A DNA stretch of 64,000 bases from Bacteroidales bacterium (GTDB lineage Bacteria; Bacteroidota; Bacteroidia; Bacteroidales; VadinHA17). Where the stretch lies: positions 13,381-77,380 of the forward strand of contig JBJKPQ010000162.1 of NCBI GenBank assembly GCA_046706305.1, written 5' to 3'. A model generated the notes under the pieces. That model saw nothing but the letters and a program-made list of their open reading frames with translations, was not told the origin of the DNA and made no database searches. Both the position numbers and the translations under genes were made by a program. Shown here in pieces: positions 1-9,734 of this stretch; position 1 is the stretch's first letter, and each line of letters starts with the position of its first letter.

Positions 1-2
1 TT

Positions 3-1172
3 TGGTCGGGAGCATCGCCAAGCGCACAAATGCTTGTGGTTGCCCGCTTTTTCCTGGGTATAGCAATTGGTGTGTCATCATTTGCAGTTCCCCTTTACAT
101 CGCCGAAATTTCCCCGACAAAAAGCAGGGGGACACTTGTGTCAATGTTCCAGCTGTTGATTACTATCGGTATCATGGTTTCATACCTGAGCGATTCAGCA
201 TTTGCCGTTCCGGATAATGATCCGGCATACCTGACCTGCTGGAGACCCATGTTTTATGTAGGAGTGATTCCTGCAATGATTATGTTTGTCGGGATGATCT
301 TTCTGCCTGAGACACCAAGGTGGCTTATCAGCAAAGGATTTAACGATAAATGCCGTGATGTTCTTGAAAAAGTTGAAGAGCCGCAGCTGGTTGACGAGGT
401 TATTTCAAGGATGAAATCTGATATTGAAGCTGATAAAGAGAACAAAATTAACTGGACCGGTATATTCAAAAAATGGCTGCGTGTACCACTCATAATAGCT
501 ATAGGAATAATGTTTGTTCAGCAGTTTACCGGGATCAATACTATAATTTATTACAGCCCGAAGATTTTTCTCATGTCAGGTTTTGCTGATGCCCAGGCAG
601 CAGTGTGGGCTTCCGTCAGTGTTGGTGTTGTAAACGTTGTATTTACAATACTATCATTATTCATGATAGATAAACTGGGTCGACGTAAACTGTATTTCAT
701 TGGTCTTACGGGACTTGTGATAGCTCTTATTGCGATGGGTACATGTTTTGCCCTTCAATCAACGCTTGGTGATTCGATCAAATGGGTAACAATTGCACTT
801 GTATGGATCTATATAGCATTTTTTGCTATCAGTCTCGGACCTCTCGGATGGCTTATTATCTCCGAAGTGTTCCCGCTAAGTGTAAGAGGGATCGGTTCAA
901 GTATTGGAGCTCTTTCCAACTGGCTTTTCAATGGTGTTGTTGCCTTTACATTTTTCAAAATAGTTAAAGGTCTGACAATGCCAGGAACTGAAATTATGCT
1001 TAAGGGAGAAGACCTTGGTAACCCTGCTGGGGCATTTTACCTGTATGCTCTTGTAGGTATACTCGGACTTATTTGGGGATATTTCTTCATTCCTGAGACA
1101 AAGAATGTTACACTGGAAAAGATTGAGCAGCACTGGAGGGAAGGTAAACTTCCAAGGACTCTTAAAGACTAG
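3..1172 (+). CDS. MFS sugar porter (GalP/XylE-like sugar:H+ symporter), 5' end outside window
   Basis: Frame 3 is open from the window edge (..ASPSAQMLVVARFFLGIAIG..). Multi-TM pattern with sugar-porter motifs PETPRWL, KLGRRK and PETK near the C-terminus. Colinear with E. coli GalP as I recall it. Confidence 0.85.
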   Translation, partial: WSGASPSAQMLVVARFFLGIAIGVSSFAVPLYIAEISPTKSRGTLVSMFQLLITIGIMVSYLSDSAFAVPDNDPAYLTCWRPMFYVGVIPAMIMFVGMIFLPETPRWLISKGFNDKCRDVLEKVEEPQLVDEVISRMKSDIEADKENKINWTGIFKKWLRVPLIIAIGIMFVQQFTGINTIIYYSPKIFLMSGFADAQAAVWASVSVGVVNVVFTILSLFMIDKLGRRKLYFIGLTGLVIALIAMGTCFALQSTLGDSIKWVTIALVWIYIAFFAISLGPLGWLIISEVFPLSVRGIGSSIGALSNWLFNGVVAFTFFKIVKGLTMPGTEIMLKGEDLGNPAGAFYLYALVGILGLIWGYFFIPETKNVTLEKIEQHWREGKLPRTLKD

Positions 1173-1192
1173 TTTGCTAAGGTAATAAGAGG

Positions 1193-1378
1193 CTGTCTTA
1201 AAAGTAATTTTTAACCATAAGTTCGCACAGGGGCATAAAGCTATTTCCCTTAATTCAGGTGCTTTGTGCCCTGTGTGAATCCCGGATGTAATCAAAACCG
1301 GGTGTTCCTGCCAGGGGGAAGTTCGTTCCGGCTGGCATCATGGTTAATGTAATATTACTTTTAAGACAGTTTTTTTTT
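1193..1378 (+). ncRNA. Candidate structured RNA or palindromic element: 16-bp closing stem, three internal hairpins, T9 tail
   Basis: CTGTCTTAAAAGTAAT (1193-1208) is the perfect reverse complement of 1354-1369. Internal hairpins lie at 1226-1241/1261-1275, 1281-1285/1298-1302 and 1309-1314/1332-1337. Nine T follow at 1370-1378. It sits between convergent genes and has no ORF. Confidence 0.3.
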
Positions 1379-1398
1379 GCCATTTCTGGTTTTAAGAC

Positions 1399-1427
1399 AA
1401 AAAAAAAGTGGCGCCCTGGAGCGCCAC
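1399..1427 (-). terminator. Rho-independent terminator of tsf
   Basis: GTGGCGC (1408-1414), loop CCTGGA, GCGCCAC (1421-1427). The A9 run at 1399-1407 becomes a U-run after the hairpin on the minus strand. It lies 27 nt downstream of the tsf stop. Confidence 0.8.
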
Positions 1428-1453
1428 GAGAATATTGAATATGAACTTACGTA

Positions 1454-2284
1454 TTACAAATTTAAAGTGTATCTTTTGAATTCAGTAACTGTAAGGTCTT
1501 TGTTTGCTGACTGCATATATTGTTTAACTGTCATCTTGTTGTCTTTTACAAATTCCTGGTTGAGAAGAGTACTCTCCTTGAAGAATTTTGAAAGCTTACC
1601 CTGGGCAATTTTATCAAGCATGTCTTCCGGTTTCCCGTCACGTCTTGCCTGTTCTTTACCTATCTCTATTTCCTGTGCAACAACCGACTCAGGGACCATG
1701 TCCTTGTCGACGGCAACAGGGTTCATTGCTGCAACCTGCATTGCAACATCCTTGTAAACCTGCACGTCAAGACCTTCTTTTGTAAATCCTACTATTGTAG
1801 CCAGCCTGTTACCCGGATGAACATAAGCCTGAACATAGGGCGCCTCAACCTTCTCATAGTTTGAAAGATCAAGTTTCTCACCTATAATACCTATATATTC
1901 AACAACTTTTTCTTCAACTTTTGCACCTTCAAAAGGCAAAGCCTTAAGCTCATCAAGGGTTGCAGGTTTCTTTTCAACGGCCAGGTCGAGTATCTTGTCG
2001 GCCAGTGCAATAAAATCTGCATTTTTAGCAACAAAGTCTGTCTCACTGTTAAGTACTATTAAAGCACCTGTACGGCCGTCTTCTGATACTTTTGAGATAA
2101 CCACACCCTCAGTGGCCTCCTTATCAGCACGTTTGTTGGCAACAGCCTGTCCTTTTTTACGAATTATCTCTACTGCTTTATCAAAGTCACCATTAGCCTC
2201 TTCAAGAGCTTTTTTACAATCCATCATTCCTGCAAGAGTTGCTCTTCTTAGCTTGGCAACGTCAGCTGCACTTATATTTGCCAT
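1454..2284 (-). CDS. tsf: Translation elongation factor Ts
   Basis: 276 aa. N-terminal UBA-like segment MANISAADVAKLRRATLAGMMDCKKALEEANGDFDKAVEIIRKKG. Immediately downstream of rpsB, the conserved arrangement. Confidence 0.95.
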   Translation of the reverse strand: MANISAADVAKLRRATLAGMMDCKKALEEANGDFDKAVEIIRKKGQAVANKRADKEATEGVVISKVSEDGRTGALIVLNSETDFVAKNADFIALADKILDLAVEKKPATLDELKALPFEGAKVEEKVVEYIGIIGEKLDLSNYEKVEAPYVQAYVHPGNRLATIVGFTKEGLDVQVYKDVAMQVAAMNPVAVDKDMVPESVVAQEIEIGKEQARRDGKPEDMLDKIAQGKLSKFFKESTLLNQEFVKDNKMTVKQYMQSANKDLTVTEFKRYTLNL

Positions 2285-2318
2285 ATTGATCTCTTTATTT
2301 TTATTTACTACTAATTAA

Positions 2319-3218
2319 CTATTCGTCGTCATCCTCCTCGTCGTATACCGACCCGGCATTATCGTCATCATCAGATGAATAATCTTTGTCATCAGCATCA
2401 ATATCTTCATCTCCTTCAAAATCGTCATCATCATCTGATACTTCATCATCAGGAGCAGAAGCAACGGCCTTTGACTCACTGGCCTTTGATGCTTTTTTGT
2501 CTTTCTGAAGTGGTTCCTTATCCTTTTCTATTTTCCTTTCACTAAGACCTTCTTCTATAGCCTGGCAAAGAATTCCCACGATAAGGGATATAGACTTTGA
2601 AGCGTCGTCATTGGCCGGAATGGGGAAATCTATTTCAGAAGGATCCGAGTTGGTGTCGACCATTGCAAAGACGGGGATACCAAGCCGTTTGGCTTCCTTG
2701 ACAGCTATGTGTTCTTTGGATACATCCACAATAAACAGAGCTGAGGGAAGGCGGGTAAGATCGGCTATACTGCCAAGTGTCTTTTCAAGTTTTGCTCTTT
2801 GTCTTGTAACCTGTAGTCTCTCACGTTTCGACAGGTTGGTAAAAGTGCCGTCGGTAGCCATTTTGTCAATAGACGACATCTTCTTAACAGCCTTACGGAT
2901 TGTTGGAAAGTTGGTGAGCATGCCACCTGGCCAGCGCTCAGTTACATAAGGCATATTTACAGCCTTTACCTTTTCTGCCACAATCTCTTTAGCCTGTTTT
3001 TTTGTAGCTACAAACAGTACTTTTTTACCGGATTTGGCAATATGTTTAATAGCTGAAGCAGCCTCATCGATTTTTGTTGCTGTTTTTTCGAGATCGATGA
3101 TATGTATTCCGTTTCGCTCCATAAATATATAAGGAGCCATGGCCGGATTCCACTTTCTTTTGAGGTGACCGAAATGTACACCTGCATCAAGTAATTCTTT
3201 GAAGTTTGTTCTTGGCAT
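2319..3218 (-). CDS. rpsB: 30S ribosomal protein S2 with long acidic C-terminal tail
   Basis: Core S2 sequence MPRTNFKELLDAGVHFGH..RKWNP. I place the start at the internal Met (3218) rather than the ORF-track start (3254). The last ~45 residues are almost entirely D/E. Confidence 0.93.
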   Translation of the reverse strand: MPRTNFKELLDAGVHFGHLKRKWNPAMAPYIFMERNGIHIIDLEKTATKIDEAASAIKHIAKSGKKVLFVATKKQAKEIVAEKVKAVNMPYVTERWPGGMLTNFPTIRKAVKKMSSIDKMATDGTFTNLSKRERLQVTRQRAKLEKTLGSIADLTRLPSALFIVDVSKEHIAVKEAKRLGIPVFAMVDTNSDPSEIDFPIPANDDASKSISLIVGILCQAIEEGLSERKIEKDKEPLQKDKKASKASESKAVASAPDDEVSDDDDDFEGDEDIDADDKDYSSDDDDNAGSVYDEEDDDE

Positions 3219-3332
3219 TTTGTGTGAAGTTAAGTTTACATTCTGTTCAATCAATTGTAAGGTAGTTCCGCTTGGGAAGTCGATACAATTTAGATACTAA
3301 ACTTGCATCTATGACGACTGATATCTTAAAGA

Positions 3333-3719
3333 CTAACGTTTACTGAACTGGAATCTCCTGCGGGCTTTGGGCTGACCGGGCTTCTTCCTTTCAACCTCGC
3401 GCGGGTCGCGTGTTACAAAACCTTCTGCCTTTAATGCTGATTTGTATTCGGGATCGACCTGTATCAGTGCCCTGGTGATTCCCAGACGAAGTGCTTCAGC
3501 CTGTCCCTTTACTCCGCCACCATCGAGATTGGCATTAATATCGTAACTGTCAGTGATATTAAGGTGAACAAGAGGCTGTGTCACTACATATTGAAGTGTT
3601 TCTGCACCAAAGTATTCCTTGTAATCCCTGCCATTGACAGTGATCTTTCCTTTACCATCACTGATATATACCCGTGCTACAGCTGCTTTTCTTCTTCCAA
3701 GAGCATTGATTGATTCCAT
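3333..3719 (-). CDS. rpsI: 30S ribosomal protein S9
   Basis: 128 aa, GRRKAAVARV near the N-terminus, C-terminal KARRRFQFSKR. Confidence 0.95.
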   Translation of the reverse strand: MESINALGRRKAAVARVYISDGKGKITVNGRDYKEYFGAETLQYVVTQPLVHLNITDSYDINANLDGGGVKGQAEALRLGITRALIQVDPEYKSALKAEGFVTRDPREVERKKPGQPKARRRFQFSKR

Positions 3720-3736
3720 GTCTGTTGCTTAATATT

Positions 3737-4180
3737 TTATATTTCAATTGTTTTTGGTTTCTGAGCCTCATGAGGATGTTCGGTGCCGGCATAAACATGC
3801 AGGTTCCTGTAAAGTGCACTTCCGAGCCTGTTTTTAGGAAGCATACCCTTAACCGCCTTTTCAACAAGTGAGATAGGATTCTTTCTTAACAACTCATCAG
3901 CAGTTGCAAAACGCTGTCCTCCAGGGTGCCCTGTATGTCTGATATATACTTTGTCACTCATCTTGTCACCTGTCAGAACAACTTTTTCAGCATTGATTAC
4001 TATTACATTATCACCACAATCAACGTGAGGTGTATAATTTGTTTTATGCTTTCCTCTCAGCATGGAAGCCACAACCGTAGCAAGCCTTCCAAGAACTTTG
4101 CCTTCTGCATCGATAACTACCCACTCCTTATTTACTGTGGCTTTATTCGCTGAAACTGTCTTATAGCTTAAGGTATTCAC
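3737..4180 (-). CDS. rplM: 50S ribosomal protein L13
   Basis: 147 aa with [30 protein letters not shown]. Upstream of rpsI. Confidence 0.95.
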   Translation of the reverse strand: MNTLSYKTVSANKATVNKEWVVIDAEGKVLGRLATVVASMLRGKHKTNYTPHVDCGDNVIVINAEKVVLTGDKMSDKVYIRHTGHPGGQRFATADELLRKNPISLVEKAVKGMLPKNRLGSALYRNLHVYAGTEHPHEAQKPKTIEI

Positions 4181-4243
4181 TTGTACTTATTTTTTAATTT
4201 ATACACTTATATTTCATGTAATAACCCGGCATTTTAGGGTCTG

Positions 4244-4251
4244 CAAAAATA
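4244..4251 (-). promoter_or_regulatory. Candidate Bacteroidota -7 box (TATTTTTG) for the rplM-rpsI-rpsB-tsf operon
   Basis: The minus strand reads TATTTTTG, matching the Bacteroides TAnnTTTG consensus, about 64 nt upstream of the rplM ATG. No clean -33 TTTG was seen. Confidence 0.4.
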
Positions 4252-4359
4252 CAACATATTTCATAAAAAAAAAGAAATATCGGTATAAAATATCAGTCTT
4301 TTACAAAAGTAATTTATTTTTATGGCCTGATAATAAGAACTAAAATTAATTGCCATAGT

Positions 4360-4830
4360 ATGCCGGATGATATTACTTTTCTTTCCAGGGCTGTCGAGAT
4401 TGCTGCAAAGGGTGTCGGAAATGGGGGTGGACCTTTCGGCGCCGTGATAACAAAAAACGGGATGATCCTTTCAGAAGCATTTAACAGGGTTGTCCTTAAC
4501 AATGATCCCACCGCTCATGCTGAGATTCTTGCAATAAGGGAAGCAGCAGGACTTGCAGAAACTGTGGATCTTCACGATTGTACTCTCTATACCTCGTGCG
4601 AGCCCTGTCCAATGTGCCTCGGGGCTGTTTATTGGTCGGGAATAAGGAAAGTCGTTTACGCAAGCGACAGAAATGATGCGGAGAAAGCCGGCTTCAGCGA
4701 CAAAATGATTTATGATGAGATCAGGCTTGATCCGGCAGACCGGAAAATTACCTTTGTCAGGATAACAGATACCGGTGCCGAGGAGGTTTTCAGAAAATGG
4801 GAAAACCTGGAAGACAAAATACCCTACTGA
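4360..4830 (+). CDS. CDA-fold zinc deaminase, guanine deaminase (GuaD)-like
   Basis: 156 aa with zinc motifs HAE (..DPTAHAEI..) and PCPMC. Near colinear with B. subtilis GuaD (..GGPFGAVI..YTSCEPCPMCLGAIYW..) as I recall it. Confidence 0.8.
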   Translation: MPDDITFLSRAVEIAAKGVGNGGGPFGAVITKNGMILSEAFNRVVLNNDPTAHAEILAIREAAGLAETVDLHDCTLYTSCEPCPMCLGAVYWSGIRKVVYASDRNDAEKAGFSDKMIYDEIRLDPADRKITFVRITDTGAEEVFRKWENLEDKIPY

Positions 4831-4834
4831 TTTT

Positions 4835-5356
4835 ATGGAAGTTGATTGCCGGCTGACAAGGGAATTTTATACCAGGGATGTCCTGGATGTAGCACCCGGT
4901 ATTTTGGGCAAGGATCTTGTTATAAACAGGGAAGACGGATCGCAGGAAAGGGTTTTTATTACAGAAGTGGAGGCATACAGGGGAGAAGAGGATCTGGCCT
5001 GTCATGCTTCGAAGGGACGTACAACACGTACTGAAGTGATGTATGATAATGGCGGGAAGCTATATATATACCTTATTTATGGTATGTACTGGATGCTTAA
5101 TATTGTAGCCGGAGACAAAGATATGCCACAGGCAGTACTCGTAAGAGGAATAAGCCTTGTAAACGGTCCGGGAAGGTTGACAAAACTTCTTGGTATAGAT
5201 AAATCGTATTATGGTGAGGACCTGGTTGTATCACCGAGAATATGGCTTGAAGACAAGGGACGTAAACCAATTGTTACTGCCGGCTCAAGGATTGGTATAG
5301 ATTATGCCGGGGAGTATTGGAGATCAAAACCCTGGAGATATTGCATGGTGAAGTAA
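4835..5356 (+). CDS. DNA-3-methyladenine glycosylase (MPG/AAG family)
   Basis: Motifs FY.RDVLDVAP.LLGK, EVEAY.GEEDLACHASKGRT.RTEVM and GG.LYIYLIYGMYWMLNIV. Start moved to the ATG at 4835, just after the upstream stop at 4828-4830. Confidence 0.85.
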   Translation: MEVDCRLTREFYTRDVLDVAPGILGKDLVINREDGSQERVFITEVEAYRGEEDLACHASKGRTTRTEVMYDNGGKLYIYLIYGMYWMLNIVAGDKDMPQAVLVRGISLVNGPGRLTKLLGIDKSYYGEDLVVSPRIWLEDKGRKPIVTAGSRIGIDYAGEYWRSKPWRYCMVK

Positions 5357-5372
5357 CAATAAAACCTGGTAA

Positions 5373-6536
5373 TCATTTTTTAAGTGTGGCCAGCCTGATG
5401 AGCTTATCGAGGTTAAGATGAAGTGTAAAGGCATAATCGAGGTTCTTCATCTTTAAATCATAATATGTCTCCGCCTCAAGATAAAACTCAAGAAATTTCT
5501 CAGGGAATAATTTAATATAGAGTGTATTGTTTAATATTTCCCTGTCCGGAACCACGTAACCTGATGTATTATCCTTAACACTTGCATATACAGGATTCCC
5601 ATTGGGAGCGAAGAAATCATGAGCTTTCCAGTATGATGCACCAAAGTGAAGACCTTTATAACTGTAATGACCTTTAATCCAGGCGGCATGGCCACTTGTT
5701 ATCCCTGATACTGGCTTGCCGGGGAACTCTTTGTTGATGAAACCTAATACTTCAACTCCCGCTTCACCGTACCTGCCTCCGGCAATATCGAAATCACAGC
5801 CCAGCCCGGTCATCAAATTAAAATAGGTCTCCATATGCCCGGGATAGTTGCTGATCTGACCACCGAAGTGTTTGAATTGCAGTTGTAATGGAATTGATGG
5901 ATGAATAAAGCCCGATATTACCGGGAATGTATATCTGAATGATTCTCCGAAATTTATAATTTCTCTTGTTGTGTCATTGCTGAATATAAAATTGTCCCAG
6001 CTCACATACATGTCATTGAAGATCCTTTTATAATTGCCGGTAACCTGGAATCCTTCCTCGTTGTAATTCTTATAAAGCCTCTCATGGTTAAATACCGGGT
6101 CGTATAATTTATGACTGTTGCTTCCGGAAAGTGTACCCATTATAAGGGTTGTGTTTTTTGTTATTTTAAGCGAGGTGGAAAAAACCGGCATAACCTTTGT
6201 AAAACTGTCTTTTCCCGAGTATTTTAACAGGTAGGTTCCTGCACGAAGTGTCACCCGGTCCGATGGGTTATAGACGAGTTCTGGCTGAACAAAGTAACCA
6301 ATAAGAGTGTAACCTTCTATCCACTGTGATTTATCTGCAAAGCCGGGAAGACTGGAAATGAGTACAAACTTAGAAGAACTGATAGAGTTGAAATACTCAT
6401 CATCCCTAACAAACGTAATGCTTTTTATTCTTAATGACAGGTCACCTGCCACGGATGATGTATCCTGCCCGGCCTGGCCCTTAAGACAGGGAAAATTCAT
6501 TGTCAGTATCAACAGAACAAATGCAGTATATCTCAT
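5373..6536 (-). CDS. Hypothetical secreted protein, probable outer-membrane beta-barrel
   Basis: 387 aa. N-terminal signal peptide (MRYTAFVLLILTMNFPCLKGQ), then alternating hydrophobic/polar strand-like segments rich in aromatic residues and G. No recognised catalytic motif. Confidence 0.5.
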   Translation of the reverse strand: MRYTAFVLLILTMNFPCLKGQAGQDTSSVAGDLSLRIKSITFVRDDEYFNSISSSKFVLISSLPGFADKSQWIEGYTLIGYFVQPELVYNPSDRVTLRAGTYLLKYSGKDSFTKVMPVFSTSLKITKNTTLIMGTLSGSNSHKLYDPVFNHERLYKNYNEEGFQVTGNYKRIFNDMYVSWDNFIFSNDTTREIINFGESFRYTFPVISGFIHPSIPLQLQFKHFGGQISNYPGHMETYFNLMTGLGCDFDIAGGRYGEAGVEVLGFINKEFPGKPVSGITSGHAAWIKGHYSYKGLHFGASYWKAHDFFAPNGNPVYASVKDNTSGYVVPDREILNNTLYIKLFPEKFLEFYLEAETYYDLKMKNLDYAFTLHLNLDKLIRLATLKK

Positions 6537-6555
6537 CAGCCCCCGGTGATTTCGA

Positions 6556-6563
6556 CAAAAGTA
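6556..6563 (-). promoter_or_regulatory. Candidate -7 box (TACTTTTG) for the 5373-6536 gene
   Basis: The minus strand reads TACTTTTG (TAnnTTTG consensus), 19 nt upstream of the start codon at 6536. Confidence 0.45.
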
Positions 6564-6668
6564 GTATTTTTATTCAAGTTAATTTGGTGTTAAATAGAAT
6601 AGTATATAGGTACATATAATATTTTTTTACGTTCTTTGTTCTCGTAATATTTAAAATGTCATAAATAT

Positions 6669-9600
6669 ATGAGTTCAGTTTGGGGCAACTACCGCCGATG
6701 GAACAATCTTACCGGATGGTTTTTATTTGTCTTTGCGTCAATGGTTTACATATTGACGCGTGAGCCGACAGTCAGTTTTTGGGATTGTGGCGAATTTATT
6801 CTATCTGCTTTCAAGCTCCAGGTCGGTCATCCGCCCGGGGCACCCCTGTTCCTTATGATGGCCAGGGTGGCTACTTTTTTTGCAGGTGGTGATACTTCTA
6901 AGGTTGCAATAACGGTCAATACGCTTTCAGCACTTTGCAGCGGCTTTGCAATCATGTTCCTTTTCTGGACAATTACACATCTGGTGCGCAGGGTTTTTCT
7001 TCGCGGGAAAGAGCTTGAGGCAAAGCATGTTCCTGCCATTTTAGCAAGTGGGGTACTTGGAGCTCTTACATATACTTTCACAGATACATTCTGGTTTTCC
7101 GCTGTTGAAGGTGAGCTTTATGCTCTTTCTTCTCTTATTATTGCGGTAGTCTTCTGGGGCATGCTTAAGTGGGAAGATGAAGCTGATAAACCATATTCAG
7201 GAAGATGGATCATACTGATTGCATATATAATGGGGCTCGGTCTCGGTGTACACCGGCTTAACCTCCTCATTATCCCTGTCCTTGTGTTCGTTTATTACTT
7301 CAGAAAATATGAGGTTACCAAAAAAGGTGCCATCAAGACATTTTTACTTGCACTACTTTTGCTCTGGCTGATGGTTTTTGTTATTATGCCCGGGGTACCT
7401 GCGGTGGCGGGATGGTTTGAACTGCTCTTTGTGAATGTATTAGGCCTGCCTTATAACAGTGGCTTACTGTTCTTCCTGGTTCTTCTGTTTGCCGGTATAG
7501 CTTATGGTATATGGTTTACTCTTAAGAAGAAAAAGGTCATTTTAAATTATGTGCTGACATCTTTTCTGGTTATCATGATAGGTTATTCTTCTTATGCAAT
7601 GATTATGATAAGATCATCGGCCAGGCCACCGATGAACCAGAACAATCCTTCCGATGTCTTCTCACTTTCATATTATATTAATATGAAGCAGTATGGAAGT
7701 GCCCCGAAGATATTCGGTAATTATTACAGTGCCCCGGTAACCGGCCTGAAAAAAGTTATTTCCGGATACAACAAGGTGGATGGTAAATACAAGCCTTATT
7801 ATTCGACCGAATATGAATACAGCAGCCAGTTTGAGACTGTTTTCCCTCGTATGTACAGTACTGATGCCGATCATGAGAGCGCATACAAGTACTGGGGTAA
7901 GGTAAAAGGCAGGACCTACACAACCACCAACTCAAAACAACCTGTGGTATGTCCTACTTTCGGTGAAAACCTGCGTTACTTTTTCAGGTACCAGATTGGA
8001 TTTATGTACCTGCGCTATTTCATGTGGAATTTTGCGGGGCGCCAGAATGATATCCAGGGTAATGGAAACCCGATATATGGTAACTGGATAAGTGGCATAA
8101 AGTTTATTGATGAGGCGAGACTGGGTAACCTTGATAAGCTTCCTGATGATCTAAAGAAAAACAGGGGTAATAATAAATATTATTTCCTACCCCTTATTGT
8201 CGGATTGCTGGGGCTATACTGGCAGTACAAAAGAGACCGGAATGGTTTTTGGTTAGTCCTTGGTTTTTTCCTGATGACAGGTCTGGCTATTATTGTTTAT
8301 CTCAATCAGTATCCAAATCAGCCGAGGGAGCGTGACTATGCTTATGTAGGATCATTCTATGCTTTTGCTATATGGATTGGTATCGGATTCATGTTTGTAT
8401 ATGAAGAACTGAAGAAACTGCTCGGAAGAAACCTCTCGCTTGGTGTGACCTTTGTTGCACTGGTTGCGGCTGTCCCGGTGATTATGGCCCAACAGAACTG
8501 GGATGACCACGACAGATCGGGGCGTTATACAGCGCGTGATATAGGTGAAAATTATCTGAAATCATGTGCTCCTGATGCAATATTGTTTACGTATGGCGAT
8601 AATGACTCTTTCCCCGTATGGTATGCACAGGATGTAGAGGGAGTAAGAACTGATGTACGTGTTGCTAACCTTAGCTATATTCAGGCAGGCTGGTATATCG
8701 ATATGATGAGACAGAAAGCCATGAAATCAGACCCTCTGCCATTTACACTTCCACAGAGTAAATATATGGAGGGTGTAAGGGAACAACTGCCGGTAGATGA
8801 GAGGATTAAAAAGCCTGTTGACCTTAAAGATGTTGTACAGTTTGCAGGCGAGGACGACAGGAAATACAAAGTTGATATCAGCGGCCAGGGAGATTGGGTA
8901 AATTATATACCGACAAACCAGTTCATTATCGATGTCGATACTTCACTTGTCCTCAGAAACGGAACTGTAAAAAGCTACTATAAAGACAGATTGCTGAGCC
9001 CTATCATATGGGATTATTCAGATGATTATGCCTTTAAAGGCGACCTTGCTATTATGGATTTGCTGTCGACAAACAACTGGAAGAGGCCTATATATTATTC
9101 GACAACAGTACCATCGAGCCAGTACAAAGGCATTGAAAGCTATTTCGTGCAGGAAGGGCTTGCATACAGGGTTGAGCCTATCAGGATAGATAAACCGGAA
9201 CAGGGAGAGTTTGGCATGATAGATCCTCATATAATGTATGACAACATGATGAACAAATTTACCTGGGGCAATGCACAGGATCCTAAGGTTTATCTTGATG
9301 AAAACAACAGGAGAATGTTCAGTAACTTTCGCAGGATATTCGGTTCACTTGGTAATGACCTAATTGCACACGGCGATACTACAAAAGCAGTTGAGGCGGC
9401 ACACAGGGGCCTGGATATCGTTCCTGCAGAAAAAATGCCTAACGACTTTTTCTCAATAGGTCTTGCTGAAGTCCTTATCAGGGCAGGGAAGAAAGCTGAA
9501 GGTGAAAAAATCATAAATGATATAGTCGCTTATGCGAAACAATATCTCGATTATTCTCTTACCCTTAGTCCGGATGATCGTTACGGAATGGATTATCCGA

Positions 9601-9728
9601 CCGGAATAAACATGCAGACTCTGCTTGATATCTATAACATGGCTCTTAAGCTGAAACTTACGGATCTTACCGGAGCGATGGAGAGTGATATAAATAACTA
9701 TTACGGGAAACTGTATTCGAACAAATAA
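6669..9728 (+). CDS. DUF2723/TMEM260-like GT-C fold membrane glycosyltransferase
   Basis: 1019 aa. The N-terminal half is polytopic with the characteristic SFWDCGEFILSAFKLQVGHPPGAPLF motif. The C-terminal ~400 aa is a soluble helical region. Confidence 0.75.
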   Translation: MSSVWGNYRRWNNLTGWFLFVFASMVYILTREPTVSFWDCGEFILSAFKLQVGHPPGAPLFLMMARVATFFAGGDTSKVAITVNTLSALCSGFAIMFLFWTITHLVRRVFLRGKELEAKHVPAILASGVLGALTYTFTDTFWFSAVEGELYALSSLIIAVVFWGMLKWEDEADKPYSGRWIILIAYIMGLGLGVHRLNLLIIPVLVFVYYFRKYEVTKKGAIKTFLLALLLLWLMVFVIMPGVPAVAGWFELLFVNVLGLPYNSGLLFFLVLLFAGIAYGIWFTLKKKKVILNYVLTSFLVIMIGYSSYAMIMIRSSARPPMNQNNPSDVFSLSYYINMKQYGSAPKIFGNYYSAPVTGLKKVISGYNKVDGKYKPYYSTEYEYSSQFETVFPRMYSTDADHESAYKYWGKVKGRTYTTTNSKQPVVCPTFGENLRYFFRYQIGFMYLRYFMWNFAGRQNDIQGNGNPIYGNWISGIKFIDEARLGNLDKLPDDLKKNRGNNKYYFLPLIVGLLGLYWQYKRDRNGFWLVLGFFLMTGLAIIVYLNQYPNQPRERDYAYVGSFYAFAIWIGIGFMFVYEELKKLLGRNLSLGVTFVALVAAVPVIMAQQNWDDHDRSGRYTARDIGENYLKSCAPDAILFTYGDNDSFPVWYAQDVEGVRTDVRVANLSYIQAGWYIDMMRQKAMKSDPLPFTLPQSKYMEGVREQLPVDERIKKPVDLKDVVQFAGEDDRKYKVDISGQGDWVNYIPTNQFIIDVDTSLVLRNGTVKSYYKDRLLSPIIWDYSDDYAFKGDLAIMDLLSTNNWKRPIYYSTTVPSSQYKGIESYFVQEGLAYRVEPIRIDKPEQGEFGMIDPHIMYDNMMNKFTWGNAQDPKVYLDENNRRMFSNFRRIFGSLGNDLIAHGDTTKAVEAAHRGLDIVPAEKMPNDFFSIGLAEVLIRAGKKAEGEKIINDIVAYAKQYLDYSLTLSPDDRYGMDYPTGINMQTLLDIYNMALKLKLTDLTGAMESDINNYYGKLYSNK

Positions 9729-9734
9729 CATATT

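Noticed and set aside
2-217. The frame-2 ORF at the window start begins LVGSIA, which looked like the preceding TM segment of the sugar porter and suggested a frameshift in the transporter gene.
   Set aside because: Frame 3 is open from the window edge and reads ..ASPSAQMLVVARFFLGIAIG.., which aligns with sugar-porter helix 4 without any shift. The frame-2 resemblance covers only six residues.
3219-3254. A 12-codon N-terminal extension of rpsB in the ORF track (MIEQNVNLTSHK).
   Set aside because: Conserved S2 sequence starts at MPRTNFKELL, so the extension is probably untranslated leader. The same reasoning trimmed 4775-4834, 16290-16322, 29586-29663, 30700-30777, 47890-47904 and 50247-50279.
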